Assembly: GCF_036971445.1 (NCBI RefSeq)
Contig: NC_091469.1
Coordinates: 138,570,001-138,634,000 of the forward strand
Length of the DNA: 64,000 nt
Reading direction: 5' to 3'
From: Narcine bancroftii
Lineage: Eukaryota
A program made the position numbers and the translations under genes. Each line of letters starts with the position of its first letter. Position 1 is the stretch's first letter. The notes under the pieces are model-generated. The model saw only the letters and a program-made list of their open reading frames with translations. It did not search any database and had not been told where the DNA came from. Positions 25,490 to 37,249 of this stretch are shown here, one piece after another.

Positions 25490-26380
25490 AGGATGGTGTG
25501 CAGCCACCCAGGTATCATGGCCAATTGGTATCTCCGACCAGGTACAGGAGATTCTGAAAGACAAGGGTGAAACATCAGAGTTTTGTGGCCCAATGATAAG
25601 GACAGGATGGAGTCCTGCAAATTAAATGTCAGGAGTTAGGCAGAAGATTAAAAAGAAGGACCTCTAGTGTTGTAATCTTGGAATTGCTCTCTGTGCCACA
25701 TGAGAGTGAGAGTACGAGCAGGAGGACAGGGCAAATTGGTGCAGGCCATCAACTATTTGGATCATTGGGTCTTTTACTGAGGTAAAACTGACCCATACAC
25801 AAGGGACGGATTGCATCTGGAGTGGAAGGTGACCAATGCACTTGCTCATGCTATTCGGAAAGATATAAGCAAATCTGACAGAGGTCTGGGCCCAAAGTGC
25901 TAGTGTGATAGGGAAGAAAGTTGAAGCATATATAAAGCTGTCAGTAGGCCAGGCAGAGAAGACAGGGAACAAGTAAGGTATGAAGGGTTAAACTTAATTT
26001 ACTTTAATGAATGAATGAACTCAAGGTTTGGACTGGTATATGACATTGTGACGTCATATGGTATTGTGATATTCCCTTCTCACATTACTAGATATAATGT
26101 TACAAACAAACTTAATAGCTATTATGAAAAACATTTGAAGGTTGGGAAGGATTGGCGACTCAATTTTGTGGGGTTGAAGACATGGAGGTAAGAGAGCTGT
26201 GGACATTGCACTATTGATCGCGACAGGACTTAAGAGATTTGGGGGGGCATGTCCAATGAGGCAGTATGAATAGAACTTAGAAATAAGAAAGGGCATGATA
26301 CTTTTTATGATATGGTACTCTATTTCCCCCAAAGTCAGCAAAAATTAGACAAACAGGTATGCAAGGAAATAAGAGGTAGA
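25490..26380 (+). mobile_element. Old CR1, ORF1 esterase region and start of endonuclease; continues at 30933-31035
   Basis: ISDQVQEILK and DGLHL esterase remnants and EAV.IELRNKKG; resumes after the nested inserts with CRNDRVVTVDCLNFPKIDW. Confidence 0.7.
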
Positions 26381-26593
26381 ACATAGAATATTATTCTTGG
26401 CCAATGTGAGAGATCCCATCTGCACATGCGCAGCCATTACATCCGTTGACTTGTGAGGAGCAGCACGCGTTTTTTGGTGCAGGAGCGCTGAATCAGTGAG
26501 TAATTGTAGTAGACCAACCCCCAAAAAGTTCTAAAATAGTAGGGCTGCAGGAGCAGAGCCCTGAGGGAGGTCGCAGGAGAGCAACCCATCAAA

Positions 26594-28200
26594 ATGGAGT
26601 CAACCCCCCCCCAAAGGAGCCCTCTGGTGAAGGAGGGGAGCGGTAAAAATTCCGGGACTGCCAGTGGGATGTTCCCAAGTCCCAATGAGGGGAGGCCCCG
26701 GTGTAGCCCTACAGCAGTGGAGGTGTACCGGAAAAGGTCCGGGACAACCAGCAGGAGGTTCCCAGGTCCCAATGAGGGGCTGAGGCAGAGGCAAGGTGGA
26801 AAGAGCCCGAGGACGAAGGGCTCCAAGAAGATCCCCCGTAACGCTTTGTTAGCACCAAAAGTCCAGCAGGCCTTCTGGCGTGCAGTGTCCCAGCTGATGA
26901 GCTGCAAAGCCGCTCTACCTCTTTTGGGGGTGGGATCAGGTGGCAGTGGCCTACCTTCGTTGAAAGTGGGGTCCAAGTTTGGCTGCACCGATCTGGCTTC
27001 GTGTAAGTTGGGGTCTCAAAAAGCAAGCAGTGATACTGTTTTGCTGCTGGATGAGGTGAGCTGCAAGAGGAGATGGGACCTCAGTATATCGAGTGGCAAT
27101 GAAGGGAAGTACCCTGCACAAGAGCAGGAAGGACCTGAGCCAAAATTAACATGTCATGTCGCGAAGCCTCCCACTCAACAGGCGAGAATAACCACCAGAA
27201 AAAGCCCAAAGAAGGGCATGGTCTCTGCACGATGGGCACCCACTTGATCGGGTCCGAGAGCAAGGTCTGCAAGAGAGTAGAGGCCTCGACTAGTGACAAA
27301 ATTGTAAGTCGTCTGGACAAACTGGAAGAACTGATAACGGCCATGGTGATCAAGTTTCCTACAGCATCAGAGCAGGGGGAGGACATTAATGATTATACAT
27401 GAGAAGGTGATGAAGGGCTGGTAATGGAGGCCTTGTCACCCAAATCCTCTATACTGCTTAGGCCAGCCAGGAAGAGAATATACCGACTATTGCTGCGAAT
27501 TTTGCAGTAGCGAAGGGTATGGGTCAGCCACTATAGGATGATATTGTGGGGTCAAAAACTTATATGGTATAAAATGTTTTTCAGGAGACAGTACCAGAAG
27601 AATCCATTAAGAAGTATACCTGCCCTGTTAACTGCCCTATGTTGGAGGTGCCTAAGGTAAACCCCGTGATATGGGACAATTTGAAGGTTCCCACAAGGGC
27701 AAAGGACATGAAATTGCAAAGACTACAAGGGTCTCTGGTTAAAGGTATCACTGCATTCACACAAATGCTCTCACACAATTTATCGGAGACCAAACAAGAC
27801 ACTCTGGGGCTGTTGTCTCATGCAAATTATGAACTGAATGCCTTCACGAAGACGCTGATCAAGCCCAACCTAAATGTAAGACATGCTCATTTATGCAGAC
27901 CATCTAACCCTGTAAAAAAAAAATTCTATTTGGTGACGATCTCAGCAAACAGGTGAAAGATTTGAATGAGGAGCAGAAGGCAGCGGCTGGCATGGTCAGA
28001 AGTCTGACAGCACAGACAAGAGACAAAAGTCCCCCGCAGGTACGCGGGGCACTTTAAGAGGGTTTTTCCCGTTCCAAGCGGCAACAGCCAGCAGGTCATT
28101 TTTAGGGCAACGCCCTCCGTGGAGTCAACAACAGCAGAAATTTCCGCACTCAATGTGCTTCGCAAAGGTGGGCCCAGAATGCACCAGCCCACAGTCAAGA
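26594..28200 (+). pseudogene. DIRS gag-like ORF1, fragmented
   Basis: CP.LEVPKVNPVIWDNL...DMKLQRLQ...LGLLSHANYELN...IKPNLN...LC motif typical of DIRS ORF1; several stops and frameshifts. Confidence 0.7.
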
Positions 28201-28339
28201 CGGGTCGAGGAAGTGAACACTATGCAATTACAGTTGAATACTCGAGACACTAATTACAAGGCTTTAATGGGTAGAAGTCGATTAACGCTATTCTATGATA
28301 GATGGTGTAATATTACCACTGACGCTTCTATTTGGCAAA

Positions 28340-28700
28340 GGTACATTTGGGTTACTGCTACCTACCCAGGTGGATCCAATGTCCAGGAAATTCAATAATA
28401 GCACTGAGTGGACTCTGGGTAAGAAATATTCGAAACTACTAGCAGACACCTCTGACACGTTGGAGATAGATTTGTTTACAACCATGCTTAATGCCCAGGT
28501 TCCGAGGTTCCTGCCAGATCCCAAAGCGGAGGCCATTGATGCCTTCATCCTAGACTGGTCAAAATATAACTTTTATGCGTTCCCCCCCCCCCCCCCCCAT
28601 TCGCCTTGGTGGCAAAGTGCCTGAATAAGATACAGGAAGATGGTGCCGTGGGATTGCTGGAACTGCCAATTGACCTTCCCAATGTTGGTTCTCCATTCTC
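28340..28700 (+). pseudogene. DIRS RNase H C-terminal remnant plus Dam-like methyltransferase domain
   Basis: SR...EWTL, IDLF...NAQVPRF, DAF..DW...YAFPP and LVAKCLNKIQED. Confidence 0.75.
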
Positions 28701-28849
28701 CTGGGGCTTATGGTGGGGAGTCCATCGGTATTCAAAAAAAGCAGAGTCTGCTAATCCAATCGGTGTCAAAGATATCTCATCCATTGTCTCACTTAAGTCT
28801 GTCAGGTGGCAGGATCGGAGAGCGAAGACCAACCTGAATGCTCTGCAGC

Positions 28850-29790
28850 CTAGATCTCTGAACATCCTGCGGGCATCTTGGAGAAAGTCTACACAGAATC
28901 AGTATGCTTCCTATGTGGGGAAATGAAAAATGAACTGTGGCCAAAACGGACTGAATGAACAGTCAGCATCTATCGGAGGCATACTGAGTTTTCTAACCAA
29001 TGTGTTTTATGTGCAGGGGGCCAGCTACAGCATGGTGAATACAGCAAAGAGTGCACTGGCTTCTTTCCTGATGCTCCAGGACTCTGAGCATGAGATGATG
29101 AACCACCCCCTGAGCAAAAGATTTAAGAAAGGAGTGTTCCAATTCTGTCCTCTGGTACCCCAATATAAGGAAATTTTGGACGTAAAGATTGTTTTGGACT
29201 ATTTAAGGCTACTGTCACCTACTTCCAGTTTGGATTTACGCAGCCTGTCCCATAAGCTGATAATGCTGGTGGCCTTCACCTCAGCCCAGAGGGTCCAAAC
29301 TTTGTCTCACATTTATATGAATTATATTCATTGGGAGGAGAACTGTGTAAGCATTCAAGTTACAGACATTTTGAAACATAACAGTCAAGGGAGAATTGGG
29401 AGAAAACTTTCATTGTATGGATACAGGGAAGATGAAAAATTATGTGTTGGATTGTTTAAAAAGATACTTTGTATATACAAAAGATATTAGACTAAATGAG
29501 AAATACTTCTTTATATGCTATAAAGAACCACATCAGCGGGCTACCCCCCAGACGATGGCCAGATGGCTGTGGGAGGTCACGAGAGTGGCTGGAGTGGATA
29601 TTTCTCAGTTTGGGTCCCATTCAAATAGAGCAGTGGCGACCTCGGCAGCCAATAGGCCCAAGGTCTCTATATGGGATATCCTTCACCAGGCAGGATAAAG
29701 CAATCAGAGAACCTTTAATAGGTTCGACAATAGCCCTTTAAATTCAGAAGGGCAGAGTTTCACGGCTTCCATCCTATACGTGGCAGATTG
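28850..29790 (+). pseudogene. DIRS tyrosine recombinase, disabled
   Basis: ASWRKSTQNQY, TAKSAL, HPL..RF.KG, AQRVQ and HSNRAVATS motifs. Stops at 28924 and 29696, a frameshift near 29450, and TFNRFD where TFxxFY is expected. Confidence 0.88.
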
Positions 29791-30242
29791 AATAAGACCA
29801 CAGAAGGGGGACCTATTGAACTGATTAGAGTCTGTCGGACCATCCAAAGTGGATAAGCCACTGGGCTACAAACTCTCACATTGGCGAACCAACATACATT
29901 GCGAGGAATAATGGAACATAAAGCGAGGGTTTACCTGTGTGAAGTTTGATGATTATTATTCGAGTAATGGGAGTTGATGAGTCAATGTGCCCACCTCTCC
30001 CTCCCCTCTCTTTCCTTGTTTATGGATAAAGATGTTTTGGTTGCAATAAATATGTTCAGTCACAGGTTCATGGTTGGTTCATCTTGTTTAGCTCATTTAA
30101 CTTCAGTGGTTTCTCCCCTCTGGACTGTAAAGGAATGGTTGCACATGCACGGATGGGATCTTACATTGAGTCACCAGCTCCCATTGCTCGAATAATAATC
30201 ATCAAACTTCCCACAGGTAAATGGTCGTTTAATGTTCCATTA

Positions 30243-30932
30243 CAGTGCAATATAGCCCCTTCAGTCCACAACATCGTGCTGCCCCATATATACCTACCAA
30301 AAAACTAAAACCTACCTATCTCCTAACCCTTTTTTTCTTTCATCCATGTGCCGAGGAGTCTCTTAAAATGTCCGCATTTTTTCAGTCTCCACTACCACCC
30401 CTGGCAATGAATTCTGGGCAACCCCAACTCTCTGTGTAAAAGGTTCACCCCATATGTCTCCCTTAAATTTTTCTCCACTAAATTTTCCTCCCTTTGCTTC
30501 TTTTTCAGATGTCCTCTCGTGTTTACTACTCCCACCCCTGAGAAAAAATGGTGCTAACTTTCTACCTTGAATATGGCTCTCAAAATTTTGTAGACCTCTA
30601 TTAAGTCACCTCTCATCCTTCTTTGCTCGAAAGAGAAAAGCCAAAGCACTGCTAACCATTGCCTGATAAGACATATTTTCCAATCCAGGCAACATCCTGC
30701 TAAAATCTTCTCTGCACCCTCTCCACAACTTCCATTACTTTCATGTAATGAGGTGACCTGAACTGAACACAATATTTTAAGTGTGATTTATAGAACAGCA
30801 ACATCACCTCACAACACCTGAACTCAATCCCTGATTAATGAAGCCCAGAATGTCATTGGCCTCCTTAACTGTCCTATCCGTCTGTATGGTGACCTTGAGA
30901 GATGTATGGATTTGGACCCCAAGGTCCCTCTC
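30243..30932 (-). mobile_element. CR1 3' fragment that hosts the DIRS element (tail remainder at 26380-26390)
   Basis: Removing the DIRS element restores aacatagaatattacagtgcaa, a CR1 tail; RRMRGDLIEVYKIL motif. Confidence 0.85.
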
Positions 30933-32409
30933 GTGTAGAAACGATAGAGTTGTAACAGTTGACTGTCTTAATTTCCCTAAGATTGACTGGGATTGCCTTA
31001 GTACTGATGGACTGGATGGGGTGGAAATTGTTGTGTTTACCTATCATTTTCCATTGTCCAAAGGTGAACAGGAATTCAGGTTAATAGACTTTGGTTAGCA
31101 TGAAGCTTTGGTACTAACCTGATCATCTGCTAAAAGTCAACCAATGCAGTTGGTCTTTGTTGTTAATTTCTGATCCCCACTGGCCTATATATGAATGTGT
31201 CGCTTCGAAGATAATTACACTGGGCTCAGTAGTTACGTTTGGAATCATCACTTAGCCTTCCAATCCAATTTGTTTTGGGAAAGAAGAGTACTATAGTGCA
31301 GACTTACCGGAGTTCAATAGAGATGACAGGCTATCTTCTCCCTACTTCCAGGTTTTCCTTCTCTTTGTCAGTGACACACCTGCAATCTTGCTACACTATT
31401 CCAGAATATAAGGAACTTTGAAGATCATTCATCCACAGTCTCAGTGGTCACGTCTTTCAGAATCAGTCTGAGCTGCAGAGACATTACCTCTTTGACTTTC
31501 ACTGCTCCTCATCTCTCTGAAGAATTAGGGGTGTTGTTATAAGCAAGAAGTAAAAATAAAATCAACAATTTCTAGCAAAATAAGAGTCAAGTGAATGGAA
31601 TTGATCAGTTTGGTCAGATCACCTCACACCGGTTGACATCATTTCACATCATGTTAGCTTACAGAAGAACATCTGCTCATATAAGTAAATAGTGAAAGAA
31701 AAAATGATATGTTTCAATGCAGAGAAACTAAAGGATTAAAGTGAGAGAAATATTGCTTTTCAGTCAACAAGCTGAGGTGGCGAAGATTACATGGTGGATC
31801 ATAAATGTGACAGAAAGAAAGTAGTAAAGCCATTATTACAAGATTGCATTATTGCCTGATGTCAACCAAATGCTTGAAAGGCTGTCTGAGGGTTTCATAT
31901 ATTAAATATTTAAGTATTAACTTGTTCAGTGTCAAATTGGCTTAAATAATAAGACCATTGCATCTGAGTTAAGTTGTTCTTATATTAGGTTTTGAGCAGT
32001 AAGATATAATATATCTTCTAGCTCAGATTTGAGAATATCGGAACCAGGAGCAAGAAGAGCTCTGGATTGGCTTCAGGTGCTGAAGGTTTCCTGATCTTAT
32101 CGAAGGTTTGGAGCTCGGGTTTCCAATGGTTTGTGTGGTTGCAGAAACTGCAGGAGAGCTGGAGGCAAATCCACGGACACTCAGTGACTCTGAGGAGACT
32201 CCATTTGCTTCTCTTTCTCCTAGTGTTGGAGGTGCCAGGCAATGCTCTAGACAATTCCTTGTTTGCTATACAGCACACAATGAAAGAGTAATCGACTCAG
32301 GGATTTCCTGAGGGAAGATGCAAACCTCACAAATACAATCTTTCTTTTGCAGGATATATGTTTATATTTTATTCTAATAATAGAATGATGAAATATTTTA
32401 GCTGCAGTT

Positions 32410-32640
32410 TTAAATTTAATGCTAACAGGCCATTTCAGCCCCCAAGTATGTGGTGCCAAATTATACCCAATTAACCTACAACTCCCAGAACTTTTCAAAC
32501 AGTGGGAGGAAACCAGAGCCCCCGGGGAAAACCCATACAGACACAGGGAGAACGTAAAAACTCCTTGCAGAAAGTGCGGGATTTGAACCCCAGTCCCGAT
32601 CTCTGTCACTACAACAGCATTACACTAACCCTATCACCCA
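32410..32640 (-). mobile_element. V-SINE
   Basis: V-domain and GGTTCAAATCCC B-box in reverse complement. Confidence 0.8.
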
Positions 32641-32689
32641 TAGAGATCTCTTTCTCAACAAGATGTATAATAAGTCAGTACTGGTAAGG

Positions 32690-32950
32690 GAATGGTTAAA
32701 TTAGTAAATTCTCCAGAGTTCTGGACCATTCATCTTGCTACACAAGTTCAAATAATACAACAGCTGGTAAATTTAAATTTAAGTATTTGGATAACATTTG
32801 GAATTAAATATAAGCTAGTCTCAGTAACAGCAATCATGAAAAAACCAGACTGACGTAAAAGACATTTGTTTCACGTGGAGATTCACCACACCAAACCAAT
32901 TAATGTGATTGACTCTTAATTACTTCCTCAGTTCAAGAGCATTTAGTCAT
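32690..32950 (+). mobile_element. DeuSINE (SacSINE1-like) relic
   Basis: ggtaaatttaaatt...ggaattaaa...aagctagtctcagtaa...catgaaa...gtaaaa core. Similar relics at 46325-46560 and 61985-62180. Confidence 0.6.
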
Positions 32951-33459
32951 AGAGTCATTAATAGGGAAACGGGTCTTTTGAACATGACTGTGTCAGCAAT
33001 TAATTTGCACTCATCCCATTTCATTCTCTCATGTTACTCTTGATTTTACCAAGTGCCTAAAACTCATCTATGCTTTAGGGTGATCCAACAGTGGCCAATT
33101 AGCCTGTCACTCTGCACATCTTTGGGAGAAGGGAGGACATTGGATCTTCTGCAGGAAACCCTGGGAGAACAGGCAAGCTCCAGGCAGACCGAGATCGAGG
33201 TTAGGATTGAACCCAAGTTGTAGGAGCTTTGATGACAGGCTCTATTAGCTCTGCCACGATGACCAATAGCTATTAAGGTGGGGGTCTAATGAAATATATG
33301 CTAGGATATGGACAAAGATCCACACCGCATCTTTCGACTACTCCTGTCCGTAAAGAGACCTGAGTATCAGAGCCATCATTGCCAGGTTGAGGAACAGCAT
33401 CTTCCCACTGAGCAACCAAAAGAAATGTTCACACTAACTATCTGCAACTCAAATATTTA

Positions 33460-33461
<2 letters not shown>

Positions 33462-33518
<57 letters not shown>
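33462..33518. repeat. (TA)n microsatellite inside a Rex1 3' UTR (33315-33620)
   Basis: About 28 perfect units. Confidence 0.95.
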
Positions 33519-33520
<2 letters not shown>

Positions 33521-33624
33521 TGTGGTTGTATCCCTGCATGCTTTGCACTGAAGACCAGAGAACATGGTTTCCTTGGGTTGTACTTGTGCAATCAGATGAT
33601 AATAAACTTAAACTTGAAGGTGGA

Positions 33625-34465
33625 GACCTTGACAGAGATATTTGCTTTGATATCCCTGGGAGTAGTCAGTAAGAAGGCTAATAGAGATATTCCAGCAAAT
33701 TATAGGCCGGTGGTAGGGAAGCTATTAAAGATGGTTCTTAGGGGAAAGGATTTACTTATTTTGTGGAAGTAATAAGGGATACTATTAGGAATATCCAGCA
33801 TGGCTTTCTGCATGGCAGGTAACAATTTTCAAATGTGTTAGAATTTCTTTGCAGAGGTGATGAAGGTGATTGATGAGGGTAAGAGAGTTGAATGTTGTCC
33901 ACAGGGATATTTGACAAGGTTCCTCACAGTTGGGCGATTCAGGAAATCAAGACACATGAAATCCATAGTGGCTTGGCAGTTGAGATTCAAAGTTAATTTG
34001 GCCACAGATGATGAACAGTGTGGTTGTGGCAGCAGCTTTGACTAGAGTTCAGTGACCAGTGATATTCCACAGGCCTGAGTGTTGGGATGTCTGTTGTTTG
34101 TGATATATAGAGAAACGACTGAAATAAAGAAATAAAGATACAGGTGGGCAGGTTAGTAAGTTGGGAGAGGCCACAGTAATTTGTGGGACTGCAGAGTGAA
34201 GAAAGTTATCAAGAGATTCAGTAGAATATCAACCAGTTGGAAAAATGGCAGATGGAGTTTAATCCAGAGAAATATGAGGCGTTGTAATATGGGAAACCAA
34301 ATGTAAGGGAAAAGTACACAGTAAATGGCAGGACCCATTGGAATATTAATATAAAGTGGAAACTTAGGTTACTGTCCATAGCTCCTTGAAAGTGGCAACA
34401 TCTGTCATAAAACTGATGAAGTAGACCTGTGGCATGCTTGCATTTAATCAGTCAAGGCACTGAAC
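33625..34465 (+). mobile_element. Old CR1 RT fragment
   Basis: ANYRPV, QHGF, FDKVP and KWQMEFN remnants. Confidence 0.75.
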
Positions 34466-34631
34466 CATTTGCCAAGTCAAGTTTATTGTCATCTAATTGC
34501 ACAGGAACAACCTGATGAAACAGCTCTCTCTGGTCCTTGGCAAAAAACATGCAGACACATAACTAGGCATAACATAGATGCAGAAAAACAATACATATGC
34601 AGGACATATTCATATGTACAGATAAATAAGA

Positions 34632-36365
34632 ATATTAGAAATAGGAGCAGGAGTAGGCCACCTGGCACCTCAATCCTGCACTGCCATTCAATGTGATTAT
34701 TGCTGATCATATGATACGCTAATCTCCACCAACATGCCTTTTCCCCATATCCCTTAATTCCCTCACTCTGTAAAAAAATATATCCAACCTTGTCTTAAAT
34801 ATATTTACTGAGATCACCTCCACAGCTTCAATGGGCAGCGAATTCCATACATTCACCACCCTTCTCATCTCCATCCTAAATCTACTTTCCTAAACCTTGA
34901 GGCTATGTCCCCTAAGCTATGGTCTCCCCTACCAATGTAAACAACTTACCTATCTTATCTTTTTTTTCTTCTTTCTTCTTTGGCTTGGCTTCGCGGATGA
35001 AGATTTATGGAGGGGTAAATGTCCACGTCAGCTGCAGGCTCGTTTGTGGCTGGCAAGTCCGATGCGGGACAGGCAGACACGGTTGCAGCGGTTGCAGGGG
35101 AAAATTGGATGGTTGGGGTTGGGTGTTGGGTTTTTCCTCCTTTGTCTTTTGTTGGTGAGGTGGGCTTATCTTATCTATACCTTTAATGATATATGTTTCT
35201 GTAAGATACCCTCTCATTCTTCTAAATTCCAGCGAGTATAGTCCCAGAGGTCAAAATCTCTCCTCATAGACTGACCGCTTCATTCCTATATTCAAGCTGG
35301 TGAACCTCCACTGCATCACCTCCAAAGTCAGTACATCCTTCCTCAAGAAATCGCTTGCAGTTTTACCAGTATCTTGTACAAATGCAGCTTAACCTCCTTG
35401 CTCTTAAATTCAGTCCCTCTGGGAATGAAAGTCAACGTTCCATTTGCTTTCTTAATAGCCTGCTGCACCTGTAAATGAACCTTTTGTGATTATTCATGCA
35501 CAAGCACGTCCAAGTCCTTCTAGATGACGGCATGCTGCAATCGCTTTCAATTTAAATAATACTCTGGTCTTCCATTTTCCCTTCCTAAGTGGAAAACCTC
35601 ACATTTACCAACATTGTACTCCATCTGTCAGATCCTTGCCCACTAACTAAACCTACCTATATCTCTCTGCAGATCCTTTGTATCCTCTTCAAAATTTGCT
35701 TTTCCACTCAATTTAGTGTAATCAGCAAACTTAGATGCACTGCACTCTGTCCCTTCTTCCAGATAGTTAATGTATATTGTGAACATTTTCAAGCCCAGCA
35801 TTGACCCCTATAGCACCTCGTTCACCACAGATTGCCAACCAGAAAAACATCCCTGTACCCCAAATCTCTGCTTTCTAATAATTAACCAACCATCTATCCA
35901 TGCTAATACATTACCCCCAACTCCGTGTGTCCTTATCTTTTATGCAGCACCTTATTGAACGCCTTCTGGAAATTTGGGTAAACAATGTCCACCTGCTCCC
36001 CTCTATCCACCATGCTTGTTATGTCCTCAAAGAACTCCAGTAAATTAGTCAAATGGAACCTACCTCTGCTGAATCAATGCTGCATCTGCCTGATAGATCC
36101 ATTTCGCTCCAGATGCCTTGCCGCTTCTTTTTAAATTATAGCATTAACATGAGGAGCATTTTCCTGACTCCAGATGTTGAACTAACTGGCCTACAGTTCC
36201 TGCCTTTTGCCCACGTTCTTTTTTTGAATAGTGGTGTGACATTTGCCATCTTCCAATCCTCTGGAACCTGCCCAGAGTCCAGAGATTTTTGGTAAATTAT
36301 CACCAAAGCCTTGACTATAATTTCTATCGTTTCTTTTCATATTCTGGGATGTGTTCCATCTCAAC
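34632..36365 (-). mobile_element. CR1 of a different subfamily, RT to tail
   Basis: Tail tagaaataggagcaggagtaggcca; PEDWKMANVTPLFKK motif near 36230. Confidence 0.8.
34961..35166 (-). mobile_element. Young RTE-clade LINE 3' end with TSD
   Basis: Reverse complement encodes FPCNRCNRVCLSRIGLASHKRACS-stop with a (GAA)-rich tail; 10-bp TSD TATCTTATCT at 34951-34960 and 35167-35176. Confidence 0.85.
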
Positions 36366-36784
36366 ACATACATCTCACTGGAACAAAACTTGTGGAAATT
36401 TACGAAAGGTTGACAGCAATTTTTTTTCTTCTTAATTAAGTGAGATTTTTGTTGGCATTTAGGGATATTATTTCATATTTGTCATAGTCATAAACTCTGC
36501 AACTTTGATTACTGGGTGGAAACAGTTGTAATTTCATTGTGAATGGCAGGTTAAATGGAAAGAGGGAGATTTTATTTTATTTATTGAACTACCTAAAAGG
36601 GTGAGGATCATTGGTATGTAGGAAAATGCAGCAGCTATCCTGTGCTTCAGATAAATAAGCAGATTTGCACTGTTAACCCATCAACCAGATGACTTCATCT
36701 GCAGCAGATCCCCATGGCTATCCTGGTCCCACCCTTTCACAGATATTTCCTTTCCACTGATACCCTCACCAACCGTGCAACTTA

Positions 36785-37030
36785 TGGCATCGTTGGCATA
36801 GCAATCAGCGCAACACTGTTACAGCACCGGCGACCTGGACCATGATACAAATCCCGCACTGTCCGTAAGGAGTTTGTACATTCTCCCCGTGTCTGCGTCA
36901 GGTTTCCCCTGGGGGGCTCCAGTTTCCTTCCACCTTTCAAATTGTAGTAGGTCAAATGGCTGTAATTGGGTGGAGGGGACTTGTGGGCTGAAATGGTCTC
37001 TTACCATTGGCCTCAATTTAAATTTATAAA
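36785..37030 (+). mobile_element. V-SINE
   Basis: Intact V-domain AAGGAGTTTGTACATTCTCCCCGTGTCTGCG. Confidence 0.85.
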
Positions 37031-37249
37031 AGTTACTTTTTTTTTCCTTCCCTGAACCTATAAAAGGGTTTTGTTTTATTTTAACCTGAATTATGAGTTC
37101 CATTTCTCTCTCCACAGACCTTGATGAGTGTTTGAGCATTTTCTGTTTCTATTTTATGTTCTTTGTTAAATTGACCAGCGATCTCGTGATTTCCATTACA
37201 TTCACTTTTATCCCCCCACCCCTAAATAAAAACTAACCACATTCTCTTT

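Larger units (their letters stand above)
26391..30242 (+). mobile_element. DIRS1-type tyrosine-recombinase retrotransposon, RT-deleted derivative
   Basis: Inverted terminal repeats (26402-26440 vs 30131-30168), right extension 30169-30242, internal complementary region 29873-29989, TTA at both ends; gag-like, methyltransferase-like and YR remnants inside. Confidence 0.9.

Noticed and set aside
28930-29698. Phage integrase or bacterial contamination
   Set aside because: The recombinase sits inside DIRS termini nested in vertebrate CR1 sequence, and it is disabled.
31283-31385. Minus-strand exon ending in a GGTAAGT donor
   Set aside because: All three frames from the nearest CAG contain stops and the pyrimidine tract is poor. 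A non-coding exon cannot be excluded.
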